Shown piece after piece: positions 37,313 to 46,653 of a DNA stretch of 64,000 bases (positions within the stretch are counted from its first letter, which is position 1; every line of letters starts with the position of its first letter). The notes beneath the pieces are model-generated. The model was not told the DNA's origin, ran no database searches, and saw only the letters and a program-made list of their open reading frames with translations. Origin of the DNA: an uncultured Saprospiraceae bacterium (GTDB lineage: Bacteria > Bacteroidota > Bacteroidia > Chitinophagales > Saprospiraceae); NCBI GenBank assembly GCA_937918905.1, contig CAKZSH010000028.1, positions 59,139-123,138 on the forward strand, read 5' to 3'. The translations under genes and the position numbers were made by a program.

Positions 37313-38080
37313 TTAAGCAGATCGAACCTTTCGAATCAATACAGGCAGCAAAGATAAAACAATCAAAGCAATTCCAATACCTGCGGCAATCACTACATTT
37401 TGTTCCATCCCTTTTTGTTTTAAAATGATTCCAGTAAACGCCCATATCAAAACCAAACCATAAGCAATATCATTGCGAGAACTAATCACACGTTGACCAA
37501 TGTAGGCTGCAATCATAATCATTCCTATCGTCCAAAAGACTTCAGCGATTCCAAAACCATCCCAACTAATACTGACTAAATATGCAGTTGCGTTCGCAAT
37601 CATCGCCACAGTAATCCATCCCATATAAATACTAAATGGAGTATGCACCAACCATTTTACAGCAGATGAAACAGCGACTCTTCCAATTCCCAATCTTTGA
37701 TAAATAGTAATTAATAGAATTAAAAAAGTAGCCATGATGCCAACTGAAATCAAAACTTTATCATAATGCCATGCAAAAATCCAAGCAATATTGGCAGCGC
37801 AAGTCAACAAAAAGAGAACTCCGATTTGATTAAACCAAGGAGTATCATCTTGAGGTGATTTAAATAAATCTTTGGCTTGATAAATCACAAAACCAAGTAG
37901 GAACAAATAAATGACTCCCCAAATAGAAAAGGTAATTCCTGCGGGTACAAAAAGATTAGGAAAGGAGTCAGAGATTTCCCCTGGATTACGACCATTGATT
38001 GGTAGTGCATTCGATAAATAATTAATGTAAACCATTGCGCCAAATGCAATGATATTTAAAACTTGAAGTGGCTTTTTCAT
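37313..38080 (-). CDS. Multi-pass membrane protein, TspO/MBR-related (long form)
   Basis: 255 aa, ~7 helices. NALPINGRNPGEISDSFPNLFVPAGITFSIWGVIY resembles long TspO/MBR-annotated proteins as I remember them. Confidence 0.5.
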   Translation of the reverse strand: MKKPLQVLNIIAFGAMVYINYLSNALPINGRNPGEISDSFPNLFVPAGITFSIWGVIYLFLLGFVIYQAKDLFKSPQDDTPWFNQIGVLFLLTCAANIAWIFAWHYDKVLISVGIMATFLILLITIYQRLGIGRVAVSSAVKWLVHTPFSIYMGWITVAMIANATAYLVSISWDGFGIAEVFWTIGMIMIAAYIGQRVISSRNDIAYGLVLIWAFTGIILKQKGMEQNVVIAAGIGIALIVLSLLPVLIRKVRSA

Positions 38081-38291
38081 TTTATTATGATTTTGGTTTT
38101 GCGTTTTTAGGAATTTTAAATAGTATAACCAAAGCTACTAGAATTTTTTACAAAATAAAAAATCAAATCTTATTGCCACCCATCGAAAAAGTATTCGACA
38201 CCACTAACACATATATACTTATACAACTATACACAAGTATTGAACATTTTATCAAAACACCAACTCATAGCACAAAATCTATTCTAAATTT

Positions 38292-38299
38292 TATCTTTG
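38292..38299 (+). promoter_or_regulatory. Candidate -7 box TATCTTTG for the WbqC-like gene
   Basis: Exact TAnnTTTG 21 nt upstream of the in-frame TTG at 38320. Confidence 0.45.
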
Positions 38300-38319
38300 C
38301 AAAAAATTTAAACATCAAT

Positions 38320-38964
38320 TTGGAAGACTCTATTTTATTAGAATTACAATATTTGCCATCCATTCAATATGTAACTAAATTGTTACAATATCCTACGGTT
38401 TGGATAGAGCAGCATGAAAATTACTCAAAAGGTAGTTATCGAAACCGTTGTCATTTGGCAAGTGCTCAGGGTTTATTACGATTGAGTATTCCGTTGGCAG
38501 GGGGGAAGCACCAGCAGCAACCGATTCGAGAAGTAAAAATTGCCTACAAAGAACCTTGGCAATCTCAGCATTGGACGGCTATCAAATCTGCATATGGTAA
38601 ATCTCCATTTTTTGAATATTATGCTGATTTTTTTCAACCTCTTTTTCAAAAAAAATATACCTACTTATGGGATTGGAATTGGGACTTGTTGCAACAGATT
38701 TTACAGGTTGTAGCAATTGATACCAATATTCAACTAACGGAGCAATTTGATAAAAAACCAAAAGATGGAATCCTTGATTTTCGAAATTCCATTTCTCCTA
38801 AGCCATCTAGACACGTTTTGGATAAATCGTATAAAATCGCCCAATATGTTCAGGTTTTCGAAGAAAAACATGGATTTCTACCTGATTTAAGTATCTTGGA
38901 TTTACTTTTTTGTAGTGGGCCGGAGGCAGTTGTATATTTGCAATGTAGTATAGTTGAAGGGTAG
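38320..38964 (+). CDS. WbqC-family protein
   Basis: LQYLPSIQY...IEQHENYSKGSYRNRCHL...LSIPL matches the WbqC-like family. A start at 38320 gives the usual ~215 aa. The listed 38068 start adds ~84 low-complexity residues overlapping the divergent gene. Confidence 0.7.
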   Translation: MEDSILLELQYLPSIQYVTKLLQYPTVWIEQHENYSKGSYRNRCHLASAQGLLRLSIPLAGGKHQQQPIREVKIAYKEPWQSQHWTAIKSAYGKSPFFEYYADFFQPLFQKKYTYLWDWNWDLLQQILQVVAIDTNIQLTEQFDKKPKDGILDFRNSISPKPSRHVLDKSYKIAQYVQVFEEKHGFLPDLSILDLLFCSGPEAVVYLQCSIVEG

Positions 38965-38980
38965 TGAGATGAAGATGCCA

Positions 38981-39067
38981 TGTAACCGCCAAATTTATTT
39001 GGCTGGTTGTATAAATTATTGATAACCAGCTATTTACACAACCTGCCAAATGAATTTGGAGGTTACA
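38981..39067. repeat. Copy E4 of the CCGCCAAAT double-hairpin element
   Basis: tgtaaccgccaaatttatttggctggttgtataaat pairs with acaacctgccaaatgaatttggaggttaca. Nearly identical to E5. Confidence 0.9.
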
Positions 39068-39205
39068 ACTTTTAAAAAAAATCAAGTTAAAAAAGTACCC
39101 AACGTCAATTTTAAAAGTCTAAACCAAGGTTATTGTACTCAGTAAATAGAAAATACATATTACGTAATCTCAATACCCAATACCCATAATCTTAATACCC
39201 AATAA

Positions 39206-40930
39206 ATGGATCATATAATAAATAAGGACTTACAAGTTTATCGAACTCAAATAGATCAAATCGTAAAAGAACTTCACGATTTGACGATTGACATTCATCA
39301 CAGCGAATTAGAAAAGGTGGTAAGTGATTTACGAAATCGAATCAACGAACCCTTTATGTTTGTAATCGTAGGTGAGGTGAAAGTAGGGAAAAGTAGTTTT
39401 GTAAATGCATTGTTAAGTGCAGATAAAGAAATATGTAAAGTTTCGCCTGCACCAATGACGGATACGATTCAACAAATTATTTATGGAGAAAATGAGGAAA
39501 TCATAGAAGTCAATCCTTTCCTTAAAAAAATCATGCAGCCCGTTGAGATTTTAAAGGAGATCGCAATTGTAGATACTCCAGGAACCAACACAATTGTCGA
39601 TCAACATCAAGAAATTACAGAACGATTTATTCCAGCTTCTGATTTGATTGTTTTTGTTTTTGAATCCAAAAATCCCTACCGACAATCTGCTTGGGAATTT
39701 TTTGATTATATCCATGAAGACTGGCGAAAGAAAATCATTTTTGTTTTACAACAAAAAGATTTGATGCCATTGGAAGACTTAAATGTCAATATCAAAGGGG
39801 TGAAAGACTATGCGATTAAAAAAGGAATTACGGAACCTAATATTTTTGCAGTTTCTGCAAAATTGGAATTAGAACATAATTATGAGGAAAGTGGATACTT
39901 GCCACTTCGAGGATTTATCAAGGATAATATCACAGGAGGAAAAGCACCTTTTCTAAAATTACAAAATAACATTGCGACTTCTAAAAACGTAAATGAACGA
40001 ATCACGAAAGGAGTGAATGATCGTCAAAGTCAATGGGAAGCAGATGTGACTTTTAGAAAAGACATCATCGATACTTTGGACGAACAAGCAGTCAAGTCAA
40101 ATGTTCAAGTCGATAATTTGGTTGAAAATTTATTATCGAGTTACGATCGAATTACTTTTAAAAAGCAAACGGAACTAAGCGAAGGACTTTCTTTCTTTAC
40201 ATTATTAAAAAGAAAATTCACTTCTTTCTTTTCTCGAAAAGACGATCCTCAAAAATGGTTGGATGAATTGGCGACCAACTTTGATCAAGAACTGAATACA
40301 GAACTTAAAAGTAAATTAAATGATGGGGTAGTGGACATTGCGGAAAGTATTCAAACAATGGGAAAAATGATTGATTTAAAAATTCAAAACAGTCAAACCA
40401 TTTTAAAAAATAATCATGATATCTTTAGTGATATTGCAGAACGAAGGAGTAATGTTTTGATTGATTTGCAAAGAACGTTTTCGGATTTTATGTCGAAATC
40501 TGAGAATTTTACTGATAGGGAATTGTTTGGAGGAAATGAAAATCTAGTGCCCAACTTGACAACTGGTAGTGGAATCGCAGCAGTCGGAATTATTCTTTCT
40601 ACATTTTTAAGTGGAACGTTGGCAGATGTAACTGGCGGAATTTTGACTACCGTAGGTTTATTATTTGCAGGAGTAAGTGTAGGAAAAAAACGGAGACAAG
40701 TGCTTGGAAGCTTTAAAGAAGAAATTGCAAAAGGTCGTTTGCGATTGGAAAATGAAGTGACTGAAAAATTGAAAACTTACATCACGAACATCAAACAAAA
40801 GATTGATGCAAACTTCCATGACTTTGATGACTTGATTGCTAATGAGGAAAAGCAAGTGGAACAGTTGCAAGAAAAAAGAAAGTCGATTGAAGATCGATTG
40901 GATAAAATGGAAGCGGAGTTAACTACTTAA
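39206..40930 (+). CDS. Bacterial dynamin-like GTPase with C-terminal membrane paddle and coiled coil
   Basis: G1 GEVKVGKSSFVNALL, G3 VDTPGTN, G4-like LQQKD. Hydrophobic hairpin GSGIAAVGIILSTFLSGTLADVTGGILTTVGLLFAGVSVG. Confidence 0.8.
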   Translation: MDHIINKDLQVYRTQIDQIVKELHDLTIDIHHSELEKVVSDLRNRINEPFMFVIVGEVKVGKSSFVNALLSADKEICKVSPAPMTDTIQQIIYGENEEIIEVNPFLKKIMQPVEILKEIAIVDTPGTNTIVDQHQEITERFIPASDLIVFVFESKNPYRQSAWEFFDYIHEDWRKKIIFVLQQKDLMPLEDLNVNIKGVKDYAIKKGITEPNIFAVSAKLELEHNYEESGYLPLRGFIKDNITGGKAPFLKLQNNIATSKNVNERITKGVNDRQSQWEADVTFRKDIIDTLDEQAVKSNVQVDNLVENLLSSYDRITFKKQTELSEGLSFFTLLKRKFTSFFSRKDDPQKWLDELATNFDQELNTELKSKLNDGVVDIAESIQTMGKMIDLKIQNSQTILKNNHDIFSDIAERRSNVLIDLQRTFSDFMSKSENFTDRELFGGNENLVPNLTTGSGIAAVGIILSTFLSGTLADVTGGILTTVGLLFAGVSVGKKRRQVLGSFKEEIAKGRLRLENEVTEKLKTYITNIKQKIDANFHDFDDLIANEEKQVEQLQEKRKSIEDRLDKMEAELTT

Positions 40931-40974
40931 TTATTCCCATCTCACCAACTGATTTTATAAAATAAATATTTAAT

Positions 40975-41015
40975 AGTCCTGACAGGTTTTAAAAACCTAT
41001 CAGGACTTTCTGTTT
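40975..41015 (+). terminator. Intrinsic terminator after the dynamin-like gene
   Basis: agtcctgacaggtt pairs with aacctatcaggact with one mismatch, followed by ttctgttt. Confidence 0.65.
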
Positions 41016-41119
41016 CTAAATAGTTGATTAACAATTAGTTATAAAATGTCAATTAATTTATGCTAAAAATTTTAATCAAAATTTAATCAATAAAAAATCA
41101 TCTTTTAATTTTCGTTTAA

Positions 41120-41470
41120 TCAACTTTTAATATCTGGTTCCCAAATTTATATCAGGTTCTTGAAAGAAAGAAACGATTTGAAAGAAAAAAATGGCGGGAT
41201 CGTTACCTTGAAATACTACATTTTTTAGCTAAAAATTATTTTGAAAATACAGCTTATCAAGAAGCTTTAAATTATTGTCAAATGATTTTAGAAAAAGATA
41301 ATTGCTACGAACTAGCGCACAACTTAATGATTCAAGTATATGAAAAATTAGGGCAAAGGGGAATGGCGATTCGTCAATTTAAAAGATGCGAGATGGTTTT
41401 GGAAAAGGAACTTGGAATGAAACCTTCTTCTTCGACTGTTGAAATTTTTGAGCGGTTGAAGTCTGCTTGA
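41120..41470 (+). pseudogene. Remnant of a SARP/BTAD-type transcriptional activator (C-terminal BTAD half only)
   Basis: The open frame from 41120 reads WRDRYLEILHFLAKNYFENTAYQEALNYCQMILEKDNCYELAHNLMIQVYEKLGQRGMAIRQFKRCEMVLEKELGMKPS. There is no winged-helix N-terminal domain, and no ATG before 41282. Confidence 0.5.
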
Positions 41471-41543
41471 TGTAACCGCCAAATTCATTTGGCTGGTTGT
41501 ATAAATGACCTGTACAACCTGCCAAATGAATTTGGCGGTTACA
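41471..41543. repeat. Copy E5 of the CCGCCAAAT double-hairpin element; fills the spacer from stop to stop
   Basis: tgtaaccgccaaattcatttggctggttgtataaat pairs with tacaacctgccaaatgaatttggcggttaca. Confidence 0.9.
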
Positions 41544-41546
41544 TAT

Positions 41547-42704
41547 TTAAAATACCACTTCAAATTCAGGAAAACCATCCATCCATTGCTCAATGGTAAC
41601 GGGTATTTTTTCCTTGTCTTTTAGAATATTAGTATGATATTTTACTTTGAAACGATCTTGCATTTGGTCATAGATAATCGTTGCTGACCAAAACTCACCT
41701 TTCTCATTAATCATAATAATTGCTTCATTGGTTGTGGCCAAACCTGCTACACTTCCTACAAAAACATTTGCATTAAATTTATCCTTTTTGTCTTTAGGGA
41801 TTTTTGAAATACTTTGAAAATTAAAAGCGTAAGATTCATAATTTCCTTTTCCAACCACATTTTTAAATGAGTCTCTTAATTGTTGATTTGGAAAAATACT
41901 AAACTCTTCACCATAGGAAAGTTCCAATTTTTCAGGAGCCAATTGACTATCATATTTCCCATTTGCATGAGCACGCATCCCAAAACCACATGCCCAATTA
42001 TTGGAATTTTGAACGACCCGAATTTGGTTTTTATGTTTTTGAAAAATCAATTCACAAATTTCTTCTTCGTCAAACATCGAATTTTTAAAGGTGGCAACCC
42101 CTCCATTTAAATTGGCCGTTCCTTCCAAAACTCCGCTGTGTCCACCATTAAAAACTTCCAAAGCGAAGTCAATAGTTTTGTCCGACACATTTCCTAAAAT
42201 CAACATACCAGGACTGTAAGCACTATTGCGATACCACGCGCCCGACCAACCTGTGTTGTCCATGGTAGGAACTTCGTGGAGCAAAAAAGGCATAGATTGC
42301 GTACTATCTTCATTGCTCCAAATTCCAGAAATCGTGGTTAACTCGGAAAGGCTTCCCATAAATTTCCCGCTAAAATTATCATTCGAAAATTCATCTAAAA
42401 CAAAAGTTTCATTGAGATGCAGTTCACCTGAGAGTTCTATTTTATTATCCCGTTTTCCCTTTTCATCATAACAATAATATCCACCGAGAACTCCATTTGA
42501 CCAATTGATAAGAACAAATTCAATGGGATATTGATTGTCAATTTTCCCTTCATATTTTTTGATAAAAGCATCGGTAGGAGCAACCAATGATTGTGCATGG
42601 TTAGGTTTGGATATTGAAGAGGTAGGTTTGTCTTTTTTTGGTTTTTCATTTTTACAAAAAGAAAATAAAAACGAAAGGGTTAAGAAAAATAATATTTTTC
42701 TCAT
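41547..42704 (-). CDS. Hypothetical lipoprotein
   Basis: 385-aa ORF with lipobox LSFLFSFC. No family recognised. Confidence 0.6.
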   Translation of the reverse strand: MRKILFFLTLSFLFSFCKNEKPKKDKPTSSISKPNHAQSLVAPTDAFIKKYEGKIDNQYPIEFVLINWSNGVLGGYYCYDEKGKRDNKIELSGELHLNETFVLDEFSNDNFSGKFMGSLSELTTISGIWSNEDSTQSMPFLLHEVPTMDNTGWSGAWYRNSAYSPGMLILGNVSDKTIDFALEVFNGGHSGVLEGTANLNGGVATFKNSMFDEEEICELIFQKHKNQIRVVQNSNNWACGFGMRAHANGKYDSQLAPEKLELSYGEEFSIFPNQQLRDSFKNVVGKGNYESYAFNFQSISKIPKDKKDKFNANVFVGSVAGLATTNEAIIMINEKGEFWSATIIYDQMQDRFKVKYHTNILKDKEKIPVTIEQWMDGFPEFEVVF

Positions 42705-42730
42705 GGTTTTGGATTTAAGTTAATTCAATC

Positions 42731-42942
42731 ACACGAGTCAGGGTTTGACTTGAAAAGTCAAGCTCTGACTTCTATTGATGTTCTTGTAAGTTTGCTATTC
42801 TTTTAAGTTTGATGTTCCTGTAAGAACTTGTTTAGATTTTTTTCTTCGAGGCGAAAAAGCTAGGTTTTTCGCCCGATTAAAAAAGTTTAAAAGGGTTCTA
42901 AGTCAAAGCCTGACTTTGAAGTCAGACCTTGACTCGTGTACA
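42731..42942. repeat. Copy C of the AAGTCAR-N3-YTGACTT element
   Basis: Termini acacgagtcagggtttgactt and aagtcagaccttgactcgtgtaca. There is an internal hairpin ggcgaaaaa gctag gtttttcgcc. The flanks aattcaat / attgaatt also pair. Confidence 0.85.
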
Positions 42943-42956
42943 TTTAATATTGAATT

Positions 42957-45851
42957 TTATTTCTTCTCAAAAATTTCAAATTCTTTAGTTTCTACTTTGC
43001 CACCTTTTGCAATTTCGATGGTGTATTTTCCTGATCGTAGATACGTTTTTTTAGTGTCCGTATCTTTGATTTTTACTTTTTTATCTTTTAACTTTTTATT
43101 TAAAAATCGCTCGTAATTGCTTCGTTTTGAGTCGTTTATAGATAAGTCATATTCGACATGATTAATTCCTTGATGGGCATTATGATCTAATGCTTTTAAA
43201 ACATTTCCATCTTCATCTTTAATTTTAATGGTTGCATTGCCACTTGTTTTTGTAAAAAATGGAATTTCTATTTTAGGTTCAAAAGCATCTCTCCACGGAC
43301 TAGGTTTGCTTCCCCAACGGCTAGAGTAACGCACTTTTTTGACCTCAAAAATATGAACCATTTTGTCCATCAACTCCTCATCCAACTGTTGTAAGTGTGC
43401 TACATTTGCTTTGTAAAATGATCGACCATGAGTCCCTAAAACGATTTCTTTTTGAGTAGGATGAACCACAAAATCATGAACCGCTACCGCAGGTAAATCT
43501 TTGTTCATCAACATAAATGATTCTCCTTGGTTAAATGAAACATAAACTCCATGGTCGGTTCCCACGTAAAGAATGTCTTCATTTTCAGGATCTTCCTTGA
43601 TAACATTTACAGGTTCGAGTGGAAGGTCGAGACCAAGGCGTTTCCAACTTTTTCCATAGTCAGTAGATTGGTAAATATGCGATTCAAAATTGTCCCATCG
43701 ATACCCATTCAGGGCAATGTACACGGTGGCCTTATCAAACTTAGAGGCTTGGATTCTTGCTACCCAAAGGTCCTTGGGTAAACCTGCATTGAGGTTGTCC
43801 CAAGTGTTGCCACCATCTTTTGTGAGGTGTACCAAACCATCATCACTTCCAGTATAAATTAATCCAAATTTTAAAGGGGACTCATGAATTGCGGTGAGCG
43901 TTCCATAGGCAACATCTCCTTTTTGCCCCCCATTGGTTAAGTCTTTGGAGATGGCATCGAAGTCATCACCTTGATTCATACTTCGAAATAATTTATTGGC
44001 ACCCATGTATAAAATATCTTGATTGTGGATAGACAAATGAATGGGCGTTTGCCAGTTCCATCGAAGTGGTCGTTCTCCTAATTCATGTTTTGGGGTAATA
44101 TATTTACGGCGACCTGATTTTTGATTAATTCTAAAATAATTACCAAATTGATAACCCGTGTACACCGTGTTATTATCTCGTAAGTCAATGGCGACTTGCA
44201 TACCGTCGCCACCCATAATGGATTTGTAAGGGTATTGGCCTGAGTTGTGCCAAGCCTTGCTGCCTATTTTATAATTGCTTGACCCTACCCAAACACCGTT
44301 GTCTTGAAGACCTCCATAAATATTGTAAGGTTCTGCATTGTCTAATGCCACATAATAAAATTGACCAAGTGCAGGAGAGTTGCATTTGATCCATTCTTCG
44401 CCATCGTCGTAAGAAATATTGATTCCTCCATCATTTCCGATAATAATATGTTGCTCTCGATTTGGATTGACCCAACAAGCGTGGTGATCGACATGAACAT
44501 TATCTGCTCCAATCAATTTAAAAGTTTTTCCACCGTCATTCGAACGAATTGCTCTAAATCCCATGATGTAAATTTTATCAGGATTGTGTGGTGATACTCG
44601 AATGTTTCCAAAATAATAACCATAAGAATTGTAAACTTGATCGAGAAAACCTTCATGAGTTTTTTTCCAAACATTGCCTCCATCATTGGAACGATAAACT
44701 TCAGCTCCAATAACGGGTGTATCAAATAACAATGAATTTGCATCTTCCAAATACTCGACTAAAGCCAACGGGGTGATCTTATCTTTCTTTATCATTTTAG
44801 TCACTTTCTTAAAGGAATATTTTTTAGGAAAACGATTGTTAGATAAAAAGTCGCTTACTTTTTCTTTGTCTAATTTTAAAAAATCTGCATTTGACATATT
44901 TCTTAAATCATCTTTTGACAAACCTGCTTCAGGATCTTTTTTCTCTGGAGGTCGTCTAAAATAATTATCTAACAAAGCGTAAACTACTTCCTTTCCATCT
45001 TTCTCATAGAGTGCCAAGCCGATTCGTCCAACTCCTTCGCCCTGCGGAAAACGACTTTTTCCCATACTCACCACGCCCCAAGTTTTTCCACCATCAGTGC
45101 TTTTATAAATTTTAGAACCTTTGCCTGATTCTACAAAATTCCAGGCTCTCCGAGTTCGTTCCCAAGTAGCGGCGTAAAGGACATCAGGATTTTTTTGACT
45201 AACTACTAAGTCGATAGCACCCGCATTTTCATTTTCAAAAAGTGTACGTTCCCACGTGACTCCTCCATCTGAAGTTTTGTAGACTCCTCGATCTTCACTT
45301 GGAGAATAAAGTGCTCCTAATGTTGCGACCCATGCTACATCAGGATTGGTAGGATGTAACACTACTCTTCCAATATGATGAGATTCGGGTAATCCCATGT
45401 GTTGCCATGATTGACCATCATCCGTACTTTTAAAAATACCAACTCCTGAATAACTTGAACGTGAACTATTATTTTCACCTGTACCGACCCATATCACATT
45501 ATTTTTCCAATCGACTGCAATGTCTCCTATGGTCATCACAATTTCATTGTCAAATAAAGGGGTAAAAGTTGTTCCATTATTGATCGTTTTCCAAAGTCCG
45601 CCCGAAGCATATGCTACATAAAAATGAGTGGGATCATCAGGAGAAACATCCACATCAACTACACGCCCACTAAAAACTGTTGGTCCAACAGATTGAAATG
45701 GAATATTGGAAATCATGGATTTTTCTGCTAATGCCTTTCGCTTTTCATAACTAGCAATTCGATCTTTTGCACTTGTGGCAGGGTAGGGGTTTTGGGAAAA
45801 AGAAATTTGAAGAAAAGAAATAAGTCCAATGAATAGAAGTATCTTTCTCAT
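42957..45851 (-). CDS. Secreted sortilin/VPS10-like protein with BNR/Asp-box repeats (two beta-propellers)
   Basis: Multiple SxDxGxTW boxes (STDDGQSW, TSDGGVTW, STDGGKTW, SNDGGNVW, SNDGGKTF, TKDGGNTW, STDYGKSW). Signal peptide begins at the internal ATG 45851. Confidence 0.8.
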   Translation of the reverse strand: MRKILLFIGLISFLQISFSQNPYPATSAKDRIASYEKRKALAEKSMISNIPFQSVGPTVFSGRVVDVDVSPDDPTHFYVAYASGGLWKTINNGTTFTPLFDNEIVMTIGDIAVDWKNNVIWVGTGENNSSRSSYSGVGIFKSTDDGQSWQHMGLPESHHIGRVVLHPTNPDVAWVATLGALYSPSEDRGVYKTSDGGVTWERTLFENENAGAIDLVVSQKNPDVLYAATWERTRRAWNFVESGKGSKIYKSTDGGKTWGVVSMGKSRFPQGEGVGRIGLALYEKDGKEVVYALLDNYFRRPPEKKDPEAGLSKDDLRNMSNADFLKLDKEKVSDFLSNNRFPKKYSFKKVTKMIKKDKITPLALVEYLEDANSLLFDTPVIGAEVYRSNDGGNVWKKTHEGFLDQVYNSYGYYFGNIRVSPHNPDKIYIMGFRAIRSNDGGKTFKLIGADNVHVDHHACWVNPNREQHIIIGNDGGINISYDDGEEWIKCNSPALGQFYYVALDNAEPYNIYGGLQDNGVWVGSSNYKIGSKAWHNSGQYPYKSIMGGDGMQVAIDLRDNNTVYTGYQFGNYFRINQKSGRRKYITPKHELGERPLRWNWQTPIHLSIHNQDILYMGANKLFRSMNQGDDFDAISKDLTNGGQKGDVAYGTLTAIHESPLKFGLIYTGSDDGLVHLTKDGGNTWDNLNAGLPKDLWVARIQASKFDKATVYIALNGYRWDNFESHIYQSTDYGKSWKRLGLDLPLEPVNVIKEDPENEDILYVGTDHGVYVSFNQGESFMLMNKDLPAVAVHDFVVHPTQKEIVLGTHGRSFYKANVAHLQQLDEELMDKMVHIFEVKKVRYSSRWGSKPSPWRDAFEPKIEIPFFTKTSGNATIKIKDEDGNVLKALDHNAHQGINHVEYDLSINDSKRSNYERFLNKKLKDKKVKIKDTDTKKTYLRSGKYTIEIAKGGKVETKEFEIFEKK

Positions 45852-45888
45852 GTTAAGTCGTTTTGGTTTGAAATTGATTATGTAAACA

Positions 45889-45922
45889 TAAAAAAAGTCC
45901 GACAACTTTCGTCATCGGACTT
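45889..45922 (-). terminator. Intrinsic terminator ending the ECF-sigma / DUF4252 operon
   Basis: On the minus strand, aagtccga...tcggactt is followed by TTTTTT. Confidence 0.65.
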
Positions 45923-45950
45923 CAATTTTATCAACTAATCAAAAATTTTT

Positions 45951-46045
45951 AACGTTGAATTTTTAACGTTGAACGGTGAACCAAAATTTGTGATTCTAGG
46001 AAACAAGGAGTTAATCTTTCACAGTTCAAAGTTCACCATTCAATT
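45951..46045. repeat. Imperfect hairpin of NNtgaac heptamer arrays (same word family as 7851-7934)
   Basis: The left arm is cgttgaat ttttaac gttgaac ggtgaac. The right arm is ttcacag ttcaaag ttcacc attcaat. Confidence 0.45.
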
Positions 46046-46557
46046 CATGCTCTTGGATTTTTCTTTGGTAATTTTTTAAAGATGTCGCCACCTTCAACGT
46101 CAAAGTTGAGTTCTTCCAAATCTTCTAAATTTAATGCGCCCTCCAAACTCAAAAGAATAAATTCGTCGTCGCCTTTAATGACAACTAAAACGTTGGTTAT
46201 TTTTTTCCCTTCTTCTCTTATCATAAAATTAACTCGAACATCTTCATCTCGAACGGTTATCAAATCTTCGAATTTATTTTTACGAACATCTTTCATTAAT
46301 TTTTTAATATCGGATTTGCTGACCACATCTTTTTCTTCAGCGATCATGATTCGCAGTTTGGTTATTTTTTCCAAAATCTCAGTTCCACTTTCATCCGACA
46401 TTTTTGATGCCAAGCTAAGTATCCAACCATTTAAAGAAATGTCGGTTACTTTTTCATCAGAGATATATTTGTCATAAAATTTTTCAATGCATTCATGTTG
46501 GCTTTGTGCAAAGAAAGGAATGGCTAAAATTGCCAATGCAATAATTATTTTTTTCAT
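46045..46557 (-). CDS. DUF4252 lipoprotein/secreted protein (paralog 3)
   Basis: Signal peptide, FYDKYISDEKVTDISLNGWILSLASK and later LRIMIAE...FMIRE pattern shared with the two upstream paralogs. Confidence 0.7.
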   Translation of the reverse strand: MKKIIIALAILAIPFFAQSQHECIEKFYDKYISDEKVTDISLNGWILSLASKMSDESGTEILEKITKLRIMIAEEKDVVSKSDIKKLMKDVRKNKFEDLITVRDEDVRVNFMIREEGKKITNVLVVIKGDDEFILLSLEGALNLEDLEELNFDVEGGDIFKKLPKKNPRA

Positions 46558-46588
46558 GATGGTATTTTTTATTAGTGGTGGTTTAATT

Positions 46589-46653
46589 GTGATTGGTGAT
46601 TGGTAAATGGTGACTCGTTTTTCGAAAAACGAATCACTATTTACCAGTCACGA
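46589..46653. repeat. Intercistronic hairpin with (ggtgatt)x2 words
   Basis: gtgattggtgattggtaaatggtgactcgttttt pairs with aaaaacgaatcactatttaccagtcacgat, centred on ttcgaa. Confidence 0.8.
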
